Positions 44,591 through 55,548 of a DNA stretch of 64,000 nucleotides are shown here, piece after piece. The notes beneath the pieces are model-generated. The model was not told where the DNA came from, searched no databases, and was given only the letters and a program-made list of their open reading frames with translations. Location of the stretch: positions 1 to 64,000 of the IMG/VR virus record IMGVR_UViG_3300025697_000013; one strand, 5' to 3'. Made by a program: the position numbers and the translations under genes. This stretch comes from a virus. Positions within the stretch are counted from its first letter, which is position 1; every line of letters starts with the position of its first letter.

Positions 44591-47005
44591 CTATCGGTCC
44601 TGGAACACGGTAAAAGTGAAATCCTCGTTGATCAGCGCCACCGCGCAGCTTCCACCACCAGAATCAAGCACGCTCTGAATTTTGACCACGATCGGACTCG
44701 CAAGCGGGTTCACCACCGAAGCGGAGAACATTTCAGTCGCGGTACCGCGGGTGCTAGTAGTCACCTGGACGGATCGCCCCGTGGGTGTCCCGTCGATGTC
44801 CAGGAGAATCTCGTACACGCCCACCGCCGTCCTGGTCACACTTAGCACATTGAAGTGCCCGCCAACCAGCGCCCCGGTATCTGCGACCTGAGCCCAGGCA
44901 GTGGCTATCCGACGCTTCGTCACGTGGTTGCGCTGCAAGACAGACGCCGGAATCTCCAGATCCTTTGCCAATTTCACGTAGTCGCATGCAATCCCAGTAG
45001 GAGCTCCGGTCAGCAAGGCATTCCAATACTGGTCATCCCACGTCGCTGCGTCATGGGCGCCCCAAGTAAACACGTCGGTGTCGATAGGGGACTGCATCGC
45101 ATACGCGCCTTTCTCCGCGTAGAACGCGTACCCCGCATGCGTGCGACAGACCCCCCAGAACGGCACCGGATCGTTGGTCGTAGCCAGCGTATAATCGACC
45201 TTGATCCCGGCCTTCGCTGAATCTCCAACAACGGCACTGCTCGTCAACTCGATCGAATCCTGCGCCGGATCCATCAGGCCGGACAGGAGCAACCCGGTCG
45301 CAGTCTGCGCCATCCGCAGCAGGGCAGTGAAGGTGTCCAGGGGATCGTCTGGATAAAGATTGAGGCCATACGTGGTACCGTCCACAGTAATGATCGACAG
45401 TCCACCGACCGGGCCGGTGCCAGCCACCAACCCACCGAGGGCCCCTGCGCCGTCAATCGCCACGTCGAAGAAATAGCCACCGTCCTGCCGGGAATAGATC
45501 CCCAGGCCGTCCTTTGGCAGCAAATGCAGGGTCTGGTACCCGTTCGCTCCCGCGTCGTTGTTCTCCAACCACGCGCCGTAGGACGCAGTACCGTACTGGG
45601 CACTCCTCGTGAAGGCGTGAAAACCGTGGCCCTTGGCCGGATTCTCAGCGAACCCGGACTCATCCGAAACGGACACCCCCCAACTGGAGCTGGCCGAATC
45701 CGCCCCCCGGTTTTGCACCTTGACACCGAATGGATCGCTGGCGTTCAGCCCGCCAAAGAACGCGTTGATCGCCAGCCCTTTTGCCGTCTCCGCATATAGG
45801 GCCACGGAAAGATCCACGGGGGTACCCACGTAGCAAGACAGGCCAGACGGGGTACCACCGTCGTCGAATAGATTGTGGACCAATCCAGCATACGCGTCCG
45901 AATTCGCCTGGACATCGAAGAAGATTCCGTTGTTCGCCGCGTTGTCCGCCTGCGTCAAAAGCAGCCCACCGTCCGCCAAAGGCGAGAATAGCAGGGTGGA
46001 GTAGTCCGTGGCCGCAGCGCCGTCGTCCCCTCGCAAGTACAACTGCCCAGCCGTATCCCACAACTGGATCTCCCCATTCACCGGGGCCTGGTTTGTGCTG
46101 GGGTCCACCATCAGGCCGGAGAACCGCACGTCGGTATCCCACATTGCGGCACCGGACACCAGCCCATCCACCGTATTGTCGATCTCGTCCAGGGCGCCCT
46201 TCACATCCGTCGCCGCCAGCCCGGAGACCACGTTGTCGAAGTCGATGTCGTCCGAATCGTGGTGGGGGCCGGTCCCGTCCAGGTGCCCAGTCATCCAGCC
46301 ATCGATCTCGTCCAAAGCATTGCCGACCGTTGGGCCAGATGCAGCGCTGAATCCCGTCGTTGGGAAATTGGTGTACACCCCGTTATTCGCCAGCGTCGTA
46401 CTTTGGTCGTAGTTCTTCCGCACGATCTGCAAGCGATCCGTATCGATATCCGCGTTGGCAATCGTGAGATCGTTCCAGTTCAGCATGACGTCGCAGAGGA
46501 TAACGCGATCAGCAGGAATGGCAGGCGCAACCGCCGCACCGATAAGTGCTTCCGCCCCCTGGTACACCTCATAGACCACAGACGGGTCCTTCTGGAAATA
46601 GACCGTGTCGCCGTTGCCGTCTACCCTGGGATCCGAAAGAACCCAGTCGAACGCAACGCAAATCGTCACCAGCTTCTCGTTCACGTCCAGGAGGACCGCT
46701 GTGGGTAGCCCCTGGTAATCCGCGCTGCAATCGACATTGATCGCAATCGTCGGATCGAACAGAAGATTCCCGAGGGAGTCCCACGCGCGCAGGGGGCCCG
46801 GGATGTCCACGGTCATATTTTGCGGAGCATGCTCCTGCGGAACCTGCGGAGCACCCTGGGGAGGGTCACCCCACAATGCACCCATCCAGACACCCTCGAT
46901 CTGCGTGGTCCGCATGGCCAAGAGCGCAGTGTTGACCGCGCCGAATCCTGCGTCCATCTCGCCCTCGGTGACCCGCTGCCGATAGAACCAATCATAAAGT
47001 CGCAT
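44591..47005 (-). CDS. tail fibre / receptor-binding protein
   Basis: Follows baseplate genes; LAATDVKGALDEI fibre motif; C-terminal AWAQV...FNVLSVTRTAVGVYEI. Confidence 0.75.
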   Translation of the reverse strand: MRLYDWFYRQRVTEGEMDAGFGAVNTALLAMRTTQIEGVWMGALWGDPPQGAPQVPQEHAPQNMTVDIPGPLRAWDSLGNLLFDPTIAINVDCSADYQGLPTAVLLDVNEKLVTICVAFDWVLSDPRVDGNGDTVYFQKDPSVVYEVYQGAEALIGAAVAPAIPADRVILCDVMLNWNDLTIANADIDTDRLQIVRKNYDQSTTLANNGVYTNFPTTGFSAASGPTVGNALDEIDGWMTGHLDGTGPHHDSDDIDFDNVVSGLAATDVKGALDEIDNTVDGLVSGAAMWDTDVRFSGLMVDPSTNQAPVNGEIQLWDTAGQLYLRGDDGAAATDYSTLLFSPLADGGLLLTQADNAANNGIFFDVQANSDAYAGLVHNLFDDGGTPSGLSCYVGTPVDLSVALYAETAKGLAINAFFGGLNASDPFGVKVQNRGADSASSSWGVSVSDESGFAENPAKGHGFHAFTRSAQYGTASYGAWLENNDAGANGYQTLHLLPKDGLGIYSRQDGGYFFDVAIDGAGALGGLVAGTGPVGGLSIITVDGTTYGLNLYPDDPLDTFTALLRMAQTATGLLLSGLMDPAQDSIELTSSAVVGDSAKAGIKVDYTLATTNDPVPFWGVCRTHAGYAFYAEKGAYAMQSPIDTDVFTWGAHDAATWDDQYWNALLTGAPTGIACDYVKLAKDLEIPASVLQRNHVTKRRIATAWAQVADTGALVGGHFNVLSVTRTAVGVYEILLDIDGTPTGRSVQVTTSTRGTATEMFSASVVNPLASPIVVKIQSVLDSGGGSCAVALINEDFTFTVFQDR

Positions 47006-47026
47006 GCTTCCCTCCCGCCTCAAATT

Positions 47027-48850
47027 CTAGTGGAGATCAGTTTCCACGTCTAGCTCTGACATTCCAATTTCCCAGTGGTCCACATCCTCGGGAACCGCTG
47101 GCTCAATGAAGTTCTCGAAATGTTCCTCGGCGCGCTTCATCCATTCCACCACCATGCGCACCTTCGATTTCGTCTCAGCGTCCAGGACGACAGGGACCTC
47201 GAGGTCGAAGGAGAACTTCCCATAGAGAGCGCTCGGCCCCAGGATCCACTCCTCCGTTCCCAACTCCGACCCGTCGCCGACACCTGCGTCCCCACCGAAC
47301 TCCCCGAGGGTCAACGTCGTCAGCAGCGCCGGGACCACCGTCACGGGGGTCAGGTCGAAGAGGAACCGGACCGCTGCCTCGATCCCTTCCGCCGTCCCCT
47401 TGAGGGAGAAGAAGAACCAAAGGTTCACTGCCAGCACGCGCTTCTTGCCCACGTCCAGGTCGAGCCAATGGAACGGATTCCCCATATCGGCGAGGATCAG
47501 ATCCAGCCACTCCTCGGGAGCCGTGTCCGGATTCTCGAGGACCTCCGGAAACGAATCGGCGAGCATCAGCCCAAGATCCAGGGTGTCCTGCTGCACCCCG
47601 AGGATCCGTCGCAGGTCCCCGGATAGGTCCTGCCGGCGGTCATCCGCTGTGGCAGCCCGCATGAACAGGTTGTAGCGCGGACGCCTCCCGGCCGCGGTGA
47701 ACTGCACCTGCCCATCCTGGAGGCCAATCAGAACCGGGTCCTCGCTCACCAACTCATCGGGCACTGCAGCGGGATCGCCCGGGATAACCACGTTGGGAAT
47801 CGGATACGCAAGGTCCACTACGTTCTCAAGGTGCAACACGTAGAGCCCGTCCGGCGAGAGGTAGTCGTCCAGGGCGAGCACGAAGACCGTACTGCTGATC
47901 TTGGTCACCCCGACGATGTCTAAAACCCGAGCTGGCACATATCGGTCCGACCGGAGTTGCGGCACCCCGGTAATGATCCAGTTCGTAGGGTTGAGAGCGT
48001 CGGTTGCGCCGATCGGGTCCTCGGAGAGCACCGCCTCAGACATCGTCACGCGTACCGATCGGAGATCATCGGCAGAAGCCGACAGCGGGATCGGCGCGGT
48101 CTCCTCAGCGATCTGGAACTTCCAGGAGGTGTTGGTAGCGCCACCAACGCCGGTCGGAAGGATCTCGACGACCACCTCCACGACCTCGGCGGGATCGAAC
48201 TCCACCAGCCGATGAAAGTTGAACCGAACACCTGGCCCGGGGAGGGTGTCGAGATAGCCTTCCCATCCCGCCTGCCATGCGGAGCCTGTGAAAGCAATGG
48301 AGCCGTTCGCCGTGATCACTGCACCCGGGAGAGAGATCCCGGTCAGGTGGAAGGCCTCGAAGGAGATCCATCCGTCCTTGTCCGCAAACGGTGAGTTCTC
48401 CTCCGGGACCTCGTTGAGGATCACCGGTGAAGCCGCACCTGGGTTCGAGTTGGTCAGCCGCCCAAGATACAGGGACGGCAGGTAGTGGTCCTCCGCAGCG
48501 TCGAGAACCACCCCGAGGAAGTTCTCCGTATCAGTTACCCCCCCGTTGACGGGGTCGCCGGCGTCGCTCCAGATCGATCCGCTCGCCTCAGCGGTGTACC
48601 CCACCGTCGCAGCGAGAGAGCCAACGAACGAGATCCGGAAGTGCATCCCATCGCCGAAAGCTGGGTCTTCCCCTACGCCGATAATCGTCAGCCCAGACAC
48701 CGGCAGCCCAGTCGCCTGTACAAGGAGACGCCACATCGACGGGATGAGGACCGAGTGGTCCCCCTGCATCTCCATCACCTGGTCGAAGACAACCGCTACT
48801 GTGTCGGTAGCTGCCTCGTGAGACGCTGAGGTGAGAAGAGGGTTCGCCAT
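47027..48850 (-). CDS. baseplate/tail protein (Ig-like domains + P2 gpI-like C-terminus)
   Basis: PDTAPEEWLDLILADMG...KGTAEGIEAAVRF. Confidence 0.75.
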   Translation of the reverse strand: MANPLLTSASHEAATDTVAVVFDQVMEMQGDHSVLIPSMWRLLVQATGLPVSGLTIIGVGEDPAFGDGMHFRISFVGSLAATVGYTAEASGSIWSDAGDPVNGGVTDTENFLGVVLDAAEDHYLPSLYLGRLTNSNPGAASPVILNEVPEENSPFADKDGWISFEAFHLTGISLPGAVITANGSIAFTGSAWQAGWEGYLDTLPGPGVRFNFHRLVEFDPAEVVEVVVEILPTGVGGATNTSWKFQIAEETAPIPLSASADDLRSVRVTMSEAVLSEDPIGATDALNPTNWIITGVPQLRSDRYVPARVLDIVGVTKISSTVFVLALDDYLSPDGLYVLHLENVVDLAYPIPNVVIPGDPAAVPDELVSEDPVLIGLQDGQVQFTAAGRRPRYNLFMRAATADDRRQDLSGDLRRILGVQQDTLDLGLMLADSFPEVLENPDTAPEEWLDLILADMGNPFHWLDLDVGKKRVLAVNLWFFFSLKGTAEGIEAAVRFLFDLTPVTVVPALLTTLTLGEFGGDAGVGDGSELGTEEWILGPSALYGKFSFDLEVPVVLDAETKSKVRMVVEWMKRAEEHFENFIEPAVPEDVDHWEIGMSELDVETDLH

Positions 48851-48856
48851 TGGATC

Positions 48857-49297
48857 TTATCCTTCGAGTTGCAGGCGCATGGTGATATCGTGGTCGCCGG
48901 CCAGGTCCTCGACGTAGATCTGCCGGCGGGTGAAGAACGCCTCCGTCCCGGGCGCTGGCTGGTGCCGATACCGCTCCACCGAATCCAGAAGGACAACCAG
49001 GGTCCAGTAGAGCCCGTCCGCGTTCACAGGCGCCTGCTGAAAATGGTACCCGAAGGTGATGACCTCGGTATCGGACAGGTCCGCTGTCTGCTCAACCTGA
49101 ACGACCTCCCCAGCGAATGCGGCCACAACGTCCACCGCTACCCGACGGCTCCCAAGCACCATCACGAACTCGCTCCCCGCCTGGCTCACGAACGCACCGT
49201 CTGGCCCCGTACCAGAGCGCACAGGCCATCCTGCCGAAGCAGCGGCAATACGCCCCTGGAGGATGCCCTTGGCTGCGAGGGGGCCTGGCTGCGCCAC
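48857..49297 (-). CDS. virion structural protein
   Basis: Beta-rich, within baseplate cluster. Confidence 0.55.
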   Translation of the reverse strand: MAQPGPLAAKGILQGRIAAASAGWPVRSGTGPDGAFVSQAGSEFVMVLGSRRVAVDVVAAFAGEVVQVEQTADLSDTEVITFGYHFQQAPVNADGLYWTLVVLLDSVERYRHQPAPGTEAFFTRRQIYVEDLAGDHDITMRLQLEG

Positions 49298-49306
49298 TGG
49301 GTCCTC

Positions 49307-49999
49307 CTAGAGCTGGCGGTAGAGTTGCACGTGGTCCACGGCGCCACGACGGGTCACGTCGGTCGCGGCGAATCCGTAGCCAGATCGACCAGAGGTGAAC
49401 GGCGCGCTGCCGGTGGCAATGCCGAGATTGTCGTCGATGAAATCTGCCATGCCCGGGATGACCTCCCACACCGGAACACCGACGTCGTTGACCGTCAGAT
49501 CGTTCTTCCACATCTTCAGGAGCACGTCGTCGTTTGGCTGCCGGATAATGTCGATACGCAGGTGAGCCCAGGTGGCTATCGCCACAGACTCGTCGCTGAC
49601 CCGCATGACCTTCGGATCGGCGGGCTCCGGAACCCCTGTGATGATGGCCCCTTTGGCCAAGATGATCTTCGCCGGATTGCTGTCGCTGAGGCCAAAGAGA
49701 TACGCGTTGTCCGCTATGTCCGGGCCCTGCGCACAGGCAATCAAGAACGTCGAAAATCCGATCGTCCCGCCAGAGGTGTGCCGCAGGAGCGCCCCGTTGA
49801 GGCGACACCCGTTTATGTGCGGCGCGAAGTTCACCAGGTTGGTGAAGAGCGCGGACGCTCCCGAGACAATCTGGAGGCTGTTGAACCCGTAGACGTAGCT
49901 CCCGCCACCAGCCGGAGGAGTGAAGCCCGCTGTGGCCCCGCGATCCAAGACCGCCGGATCCAAACTGTTCGTGAAGACTGTCCAATCTGCTGCACCCAT
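49307..49999 (-). CDS. virion structural protein (beta-sandwich-like)
   Basis: Within baseplate cluster. Confidence 0.55.
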   Translation of the reverse strand: MGAADWTVFTNSLDPAVLDRGATAGFTPPAGGGSYVYGFNSLQIVSGASALFTNLVNFAPHINGCRLNGALLRHTSGGTIGFSTFLIACAQGPDIADNAYLFGLSDSNPAKIILAKGAIITGVPEPADPKVMRVSDESVAIATWAHLRIDIIRQPNDDVLLKMWKNDLTVNDVGVPVWEVIPGMADFIDDNLGIATGSAPFTSGRSGYGFAATDVTRRGAVDHVQLYRQL

Positions 50000-50008
50000 G
50001 GCGTCCCC

Positions 50009-50581
50009 CTACATCGTTGTCATCTGATCTTCCGGATCGGTCCAGAAGGTCAGGATATTGAAGCTCTCCCACAGGGAGGGTCCTTCGTAGATCGCACTGG
50101 TCGCGGGGAATATGCTGCCGTCAGCAATTCGCTCGAAGTCCTCGTAGATCTGCGTGCCACCGAAGACGTCGTCCGCGTAGAGAGCACCGGCAATAGCGAA
50201 CCCACTCGGTACCAGTTCGAAGTCCTCCACGGGCTGCGTCCCGCCGAGAACCTCATCCACGTACTCCGCTCCCTCGATCCCCACCAGGTTATCATAGAAC
50301 CACGCGCCGGCCGGCCACTCGGCCTCGAAGTCCTCGACTCGGTCGTCCGGATCATCGTGATCGTTTTGAGTGTACTCAGCCAATTCAGACAGCATCGGAT
50401 CAGCCACTGCCTCAACTGAGAATGTGTCCCGGCAAGTCACGACAAGATCCCCGGCGACCGGCGGGTCCGTCTCGGTGTACTCAGCGCAGTACTCGCCTTT
50501 GGGAATCCCCGAGAGCACCCACGCGTCGGCGTCCCCGGGACCGGGCCCGCCCACGCTCCAGTCGCCGTTGAGGACAGCCAT
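50009..50581 (-). CDS. acidic structural protein
   Basis: TGATG overlap; repeated VEDFE-like motifs. Confidence 0.55.
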   Translation of the reverse strand: MAVLNGDWSVGGPGPGDADAWVLSGIPKGEYCAEYTETDPPVAGDLVVTCRDTFSVEAVADPMLSELAEYTQNDHDDPDDRVEDFEAEWPAGAWFYDNLVGIEGAEYVDEVLGGTQPVEDFELVPSGFAIAGALYADDVFGGTQIYEDFERIADGSIFPATSAIYEGPSLWESFNILTFWTDPEDQMTTM

Positions 50582-52098
50582 CAAATCGCCAGCCCTGTGT
50601 CGCCATCGATGAGCGTCAGCGTTCCGAGCTTCGGGAACTCGCGCAGTGTCAGGACCACGTCGTCGATGGGAATGAAGTCGTCCTCCTCGACCTTGCGGAC
50701 CCCAGAGGCGAGCTTCACCGTGGTGTAGATGTCTCCCCATGTGAGAGCAGGATCGGGATCTCCATCCACGTCGAGGTAGTAGTACCCGAAGTTGATCGCG
50801 TCGTTCACCGTCCCGTCCGAGTCGTTCGGCCGGAAGAGCGCCTGCAGCGCAGCCAGAATATTGGCCCGCGCCACAGAGGGAGTGGTGCCCTGGTGCAACC
50901 ACACCCGGGCAGTGATGTCCACCGTCTTGAAAATCGCAGCCTGCACCTGGAAATCGAAGGTGGCGGGCCATGGATAGTTGTCTTCGAGGTAGGTGTAGGC
51001 CTGCAAAATCAGCACAGCAGAAGCTGTCTCTGCCTCTGTCGAGTTGGGCATGATGTAGAGGATCCCGGAGTTCTCGTCAACCGTCGAATCGATGTCCGAG
51101 ACAGCCATGAAGACCCGGCCCACCGTCGGCATCCGAAGCGCGTTCACCTCGTAGTCCTCGCGCCCCACGCAGCGGGTCAGCGCCGTGGCGTAGAGCGGAA
51201 TCAGTGCCTTGCCCATCTCTTTGGACATCATGTTCCCGCCGCCGTCGGCGTCCGTGGTGTTGGTGACAGCGAGCCGCACCGGCGTCGAATCCACGTCAGC
51301 GATGGAGTCCACCAGCCTCGTGAGCATCCCGGCGACCACCTGGTTCCCGTCGCTCCCGCCACCGGTGCGGTAGGAGACGGCGATGTTCCCGGTGGGAATC
51401 GCTCCGGTGATGTCGTTCCCGAAGAGCATCCTCGCCTTGCCGTTCGCGTCCACCTTCCGGGTGAAGTAGAGGTCCGAGCTGATCGCCAGTGCCAGGGCCG
51501 AGGTCCTCGTGAATGCCCCGTTCCCGGCGATGACCGTTTCGGAGTCATCGAGGTAGGGAGTGTTGGGAAGCTCGATCTGCTGCCAGGCCCGGCCCGTGGA
51601 CGTGTAGTTCGCCGTGTGCAAGACGCTGTGGGACGCTGCCACATCAACGGTCGAATTCCCGGCGATCAAGGTGGCGTCTGCGGTCGTCGAGAATGTCAAC
51701 GGATCGGTCAGGCCCGCGGTCCGGACTTTCGTCCCTGCGGGAATCAGGATGTCCTTCGCGTGCGTCCCCCCGCCCTTGATGGAAAATTGCAGCGTGGTAA
51801 TGGCCGCCGACGCCCCGGGGAGAGCGAAGCCGATCGCCCCTGCCTTCGCCACGATGGACCTCCGCAGACGCGCCGTCGCGTACTTCGACTCCAGGCTTTC
51901 GTTGTCCGTCCGGCAGACGACGATCTCGCCCGCGTGGAACATCGCCTCAAGGATCAGGGTCTCGATCCCGGGGATCAGAGCCAGATTCGGAAACGCCTGC
52001 TGGACGAGCGCCATAATCCTGGCCCGCATGGAGTCGTAGTCCAGGCTCGTGAAGTCCGGAAACGGATCAGGGACATAGAGCGGGGTTGGCTGTGGCAT
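50581..52098 (-). CDS. baseplate wedge J / T4 gp6-like protein
   Basis: DFTSLDYDS, TARLRRS, FGND..G.IP, YRTGGG..GN, RCV..EDYE. Confidence 0.88.
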   Translation of the reverse strand: MPQPTPLYVPDPFPDFTSLDYDSMRARIMALVQQAFPNLALIPGIETLILEAMFHAGEIVVCRTDNESLESKYATARLRRSIVAKAGAIGFALPGASAAITTLQFSIKGGGTHAKDILIPAGTKVRTAGLTDPLTFSTTADATLIAGNSTVDVAASHSVLHTANYTSTGRAWQQIELPNTPYLDDSETVIAGNGAFTRTSALALAISSDLYFTRKVDANGKARMLFGNDITGAIPTGNIAVSYRTGGGSDGNQVVAGMLTRLVDSIADVDSTPVRLAVTNTTDADGGGNMMSKEMGKALIPLYATALTRCVGREDYEVNALRMPTVGRVFMAVSDIDSTVDENSGILYIMPNSTEAETASAVLILQAYTYLEDNYPWPATFDFQVQAAIFKTVDITARVWLHQGTTPSVARANILAALQALFRPNDSDGTVNDAINFGYYYLDVDGDPDPALTWGDIYTTVKLASGVRKVEEDDFIPIDDVVLTLREFPKLGTLTLIDGDTGLAI

Positions 52099-52101
52099 CG
52101 G

Positions 52102-52518
52102 TCAAACCTCCAACTCGAACTCGCCGTTTAGGGTGCGCTCCACGGGGGCCCCGGTCATCACTCGCGCCAGCGCCGCGCCGACCGCCCACCGGATGGTGAT
52201 GAAAAAGGACGGCCCGGTGGTGCGATACGACGATCGGATCCGAACCCCTGGAAGGTCGCGATCGAGGGCGTCCAGGATGTAGTGCTGTGCGAGTTCCGCG
52301 GTGGCGATGGAACGACCCCGCCGGTGCTTCAGAAGATGCGTCTTCGTCCCGCGTGTCGGATCCCAGGGGGTCTCTCCGACGCTGCGAGGTGTACTGCAAC
52401 GCGTGTTCGTCACCCGACGGATTGCCTGCTGAATGATGGTTGTGGCAGTCCTGGTCTGAGCCCATCCCTTCCCGTGAGCCCGAAACGGCATCCTCAGTAC
52501 TACGAGTTGACCAGCCAT
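52102..52518 (-). CDS. baseplate gp25/GpW-like protein
   Basis: GETPWDP..GT; position between spike and gpJ. Confidence 0.65.
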   Translation of the reverse strand: MAGQLVVLRMPFRAHGKGWAQTRTATTIIQQAIRRVTNTRCSTPRSVGETPWDPTRGTKTHLLKHRRGRSIATAELAQHYILDALDRDLPGVRIRSSYRTTGPSFFITIRWAVGAALARVMTGAPVERTLNGEFELEV

Positions 52519-52570
52519 TCTTATCACCTCAGACGCAATCCTACAGGAACACACGGCCCTCGCACAACCC

Positions 52571-53113
52571 CTAGATGGGGTCGGTCCCGGCGGCGACCGG
52601 GCGTCCCCGGATTGTCACGAGCGGAGCGTCGATGTCAATCTGCCCCACAGAATCCAGGAGCAACTTCGTGATCCCAGAGAGCCTCACGGTGCCTGCCTTC
52701 CCGTCCATGTCCAGGATCTCAGTTCCGTCGGTGGACCGAAGCGTTGCCCGCGGGGAGTCGGTCCTCTCGTCCACGATCAGGACGAACGAGTCCCATTTGA
52801 AAACCTGCACCTCCGGGTACCCATCCATGGCCTCGTCCGGGAGATCGTCGTCGCCGAATCCAGCAGGCATGTACCAAGGGTAGTCAGGGTTGTTTCCGGC
52901 GAACCAGACTGCAACTACGTCCCCCTCTTTCAGGTTCCACGCCTGCCCACGCTTCCGCCCACCGAACCCGAGTGGCCGCGCCCAGCCAGTTGGCTCGGCG
53001 ATCCCGGGGAGGAACACCTGCACCCGCTTCTGCTTATCGGGATCGTCGACGCTCCAGACCTCGCCGACCTTCATCCCCGCCAAGTGCTCGTTGTGCATTC
53101 CGCCTGCCATCAC
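52571..53113 (-). CDS. baseplate spike (gp5/gpV/VgrG OB-fold)
   Basis: G.V..VDDP.K.KRVQV..P...WARP...GD.V.V.F..NNPDYP. Confidence 0.85.
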   Translation of the reverse strand: MMAGGMHNEHLAGMKVGEVWSVDDPDKQKRVQVFLPGIAEPTGWARPLGFGGRKRGQAWNLKEGDVVAVWFAGNNPDYPWYMPAGFGDDDLPDEAMDGYPEVQVFKWDSFVLIVDERTDSPRATLRSTDGTEILDMDGKAGTVRLSGITKLLLDSVGQIDIDAPLVTIRGRPVAAGTDPI

Positions 53114-54579
53114 TTTTGCCTATACTCCGTCACGGTCTGGCCGCTCTCGAAATCAACAGCCTCGAACTCCTCGACACCTGGGTTCGCTGACTGCCCGGTC
53201 TGCTCGCCAATATTGTACGCAGTCCCCTCCGGAGTCGGCGGCCCCATAAATTCGTCGCCGGTGCTAGACTCCTTCCCGGCGGTCTTCACCTTCGCTGGTC
53301 CGGCCGCCCGCTTGAGGCCGTCGGAATTGAGCTTCAGGATTGTCTTGTATCCGCCTCCGCCCTTCCGGTGATGGACGCAATTCTCCACATAATACTTCCC
53401 GGAAAACATCGGCACGCCAGGGACATGGAGTCCGATCACCTGCCGGGCCTCCCGCTCCGGTTCGCCGATGATCGTGAGCGTGGCCTTCACCACCTGCCGG
53501 CGGGCCTCCTGGTACGCTGCCCTGGCGATCCTGCGGGCCTCGGTCCTGGACCCCATGGGCAAGGCAATCACGCGTTCCTGGGTAGCTCGGTCGACCTCCT
53601 CTGTGAGTTTTGCACCGCCCTTGAGGGTAGTGGTCGTCTCACCGGTCTCGAGATCGACCTCCTCAAGCAGCGTTGGTGTCGGTGCCGCCGAGGTGGACGG
53701 AGCAAGGGTCACTCCGTACGCGTCGTGCAGGACATCGATGATCGCCTCCGGGAGCTCCCGCAGCGCGAGTTGATTCTCGGTGACGAACTCGCTGTCGTCG
53801 ACGTCCCCGTCGTAGCCCACGGGAGAGTAGCCCCCGGTGGTAGGGAGGTCCGTCACTGTTTCGTTGTCAGCGACCTCCTCGATCACCTCCCTGGTCCGCG
53901 GGTCGTAGGTCCGCACCCGGACCCGGGCCGGGATGGTGGACACGTCGGACTCGGGAGCAAAACTCAGCACCCGCGCATTGCTCCCACCGATGTGGTAGAC
54001 GTACACATCGACGGGATCCTTGTCTGCCGGGCGCGGCTTCCAGTGGATACCATCGGGGTCCATCCAGAACTCGAACCCCTCCCGCCTGGCCAACCAAGTC
54101 AAAAACTGGGCGTCGGTCATCCGGGCCTGCACGACGTGATCGAAGACCTCGTCTGTCTTCTGGATATCCTGCATCGAGAATGAGTACCCAAGCTCGTCGG
54201 CGATCTGGGCCACCACGTCGGAGCGCCGGATGCCCTCCCAGGTGCGCGTCTTCGTATCAGCGTGGGCCAGGATCTTCCTGCCGAGCAGCTCCAGACTCAA
54301 GCGCTTGAACCCAGTGACCTTCTTCAACTCGAAGTGCCACTCCCGACTGAGCCGCCCGGGGTAGCCCCACCGGCAACCGAGGATCATCCCCTGCACCAAC
54401 CACTTAGAGAGAGGCGGAGCGAAGCAACGGAGGTCCCCGTTGTCGATGACGAACTTGGCAGTGTCCACCTTGCGCTCGTCGTCCTCGACTCGGAAGTCTA
54501 GTAGCGGCAACGGGAACGCCTCCGTCTCGCCGGAACGGCGGACGGCCCGGATCACGAGGATGGGGGCGTCAGGGTTCAC
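53110..54579 (-). CDS. baseplate hub / late control gpD-like protein
   Basis: WGYPG, SDVVAQIA, Q...TDAQFL..LARREGF, SGKYYV..C.H. Confidence 0.85.
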   Translation of the reverse strand: MNPDAPILVIRAVRRSGETEAFPLPLLDFRVEDDERKVDTAKFVIDNGDLRCFAPPLSKWLVQGMILGCRWGYPGRLSREWHFELKKVTGFKRLSLELLGRKILAHADTKTRTWEGIRRSDVVAQIADELGYSFSMQDIQKTDEVFDHVVQARMTDAQFLTWLARREGFEFWMDPDGIHWKPRPADKDPVDVYVYHIGGSNARVLSFAPESDVSTIPARVRVRTYDPRTREVIEEVADNETVTDLPTTGGYSPVGYDGDVDDSEFVTENQLALRELPEAIIDVLHDAYGVTLAPSTSAAPTPTLLEEVDLETGETTTTLKGGAKLTEEVDRATQERVIALPMGSRTEARRIARAAYQEARRQVVKATLTIIGEPEREARQVIGLHVPGVPMFSGKYYVENCVHHRKGGGGYKTILKLNSDGLKRAAGPAKVKTAGKESSTGDEFMGPPTPEGTAYNIGEQTGQSANPGVEEFEAVDFESGQTVTEYRQK

Positions 54580-54938
54580 TAGATCCCAGCGATGCTCACG
54601 GTCTGCCGGCTCCGCATCAGGTCGGGGACAGCATCCTCAGCGGGGGCGTAGACCACTCGGCTTGCCTCGATCAGTTCGACCGGATCCACCGCGGGCGTCG
54701 GCTGAAAATCCATCAGCAACCAGACGAGGACCGTTCCCCCCCGAGGATAGTCGGGGAACGATCGAGCGGCGAGCTGGTACCATGTCTCCCCACCTCTGAC
54801 CGGGATCACACGGGTGCCTGGCAGGTCCCGGTACCCAACAGGATCAGGGAGATCAAGGTATCTGATGTCCCCGCGCTTCGGATCTGTGATGATGCGAGCG
54901 CGGTACCCGATGTAGCGGCTCCATGCTCGAGGTCCCAT
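54579..54938 (-). CDS. tail X / LysM-like baseplate protein
   Basis: V.GGETWYQLAAR; synteny. Confidence 0.65.
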   Translation of the reverse strand: MGPRAWSRYIGYRARIITDPKRGDIRYLDLPDPVGYRDLPGTRVIPVRGGETWYQLAARSFPDYPRGGTVLVWLLMDFQPTPAVDPVELIEASRVVYAPAEDAVPDLMRSRQTVSIAGI

Positions 54939-55543
54939 CAGAACGCAACCTCCCCCGGCCACAGCAGACCCGTCTCGCGGACCTCCTCAGAAGAGACCCG
55001 GCTGCCACGGATCCCGGTGACCTGCATCTGAGCCCTTGAGACCATCGATCGAAGGTCTGTGTTTCGGAACTGGATCCGCCTGATCACCACCCGCTCGACC
55101 CGCACGACCATGCTGACCTCGTTCGGCCAGATCACCAGCACCCGCGGGGGGGCGCTCGAGTGGACCGTCGACGCCATCTCGGCTGGGTACACCAGGCTCA
55201 ACAGGAATCGCTGGATCTCCTGGATATCTCGCAAGAATCCGCTACCAGGTTCGTTCTCGACAGCCTTCAGCCAGAGCAGCAAATCGATGGGGAAGGACGG
55301 ACTCTCGGTCCCCTCGTAGTGCATCCGGCTTGTGGTGTGTCCGATGGGCAGGAGCTTCGCCCACTTCGCTACCACCGTCGTCACCAACTCGGTCGGGTTG
55401 AACGGCACCTCGAACTCGTCCCCACTGGCCATGTCCACCAGCAGGAGCTTCGGCTTCACGTTGGCCGTCGTTTTGAACGTCATCCCCATCGCCTCGAGGA
55501 CTGCCTGCTGGATGACGGATTCCTGCTCCTCAATCGTAGGCAT
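54938..55543 (-). CDS. contractile injection system tube-initiator-like protein
   Basis: PFNPTEL...APPRVLVIWP. Confidence 0.75.
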   Translation of the reverse strand: MPTIEEQESVIQQAVLEAMGMTFKTTANVKPKLLLVDMASGDEFEVPFNPTELVTTVVAKWAKLLPIGHTTSRMHYEGTESPSFPIDLLLWLKAVENEPGSGFLRDIQEIQRFLLSLVYPAEMASTVHSSAPPRVLVIWPNEVSMVVRVERVVIRRIQFRNTDLRSMVSRAQMQVTGIRGSRVSSEEVRETGLLWPGEVAF

Positions 55544-55548
55544 CGCTG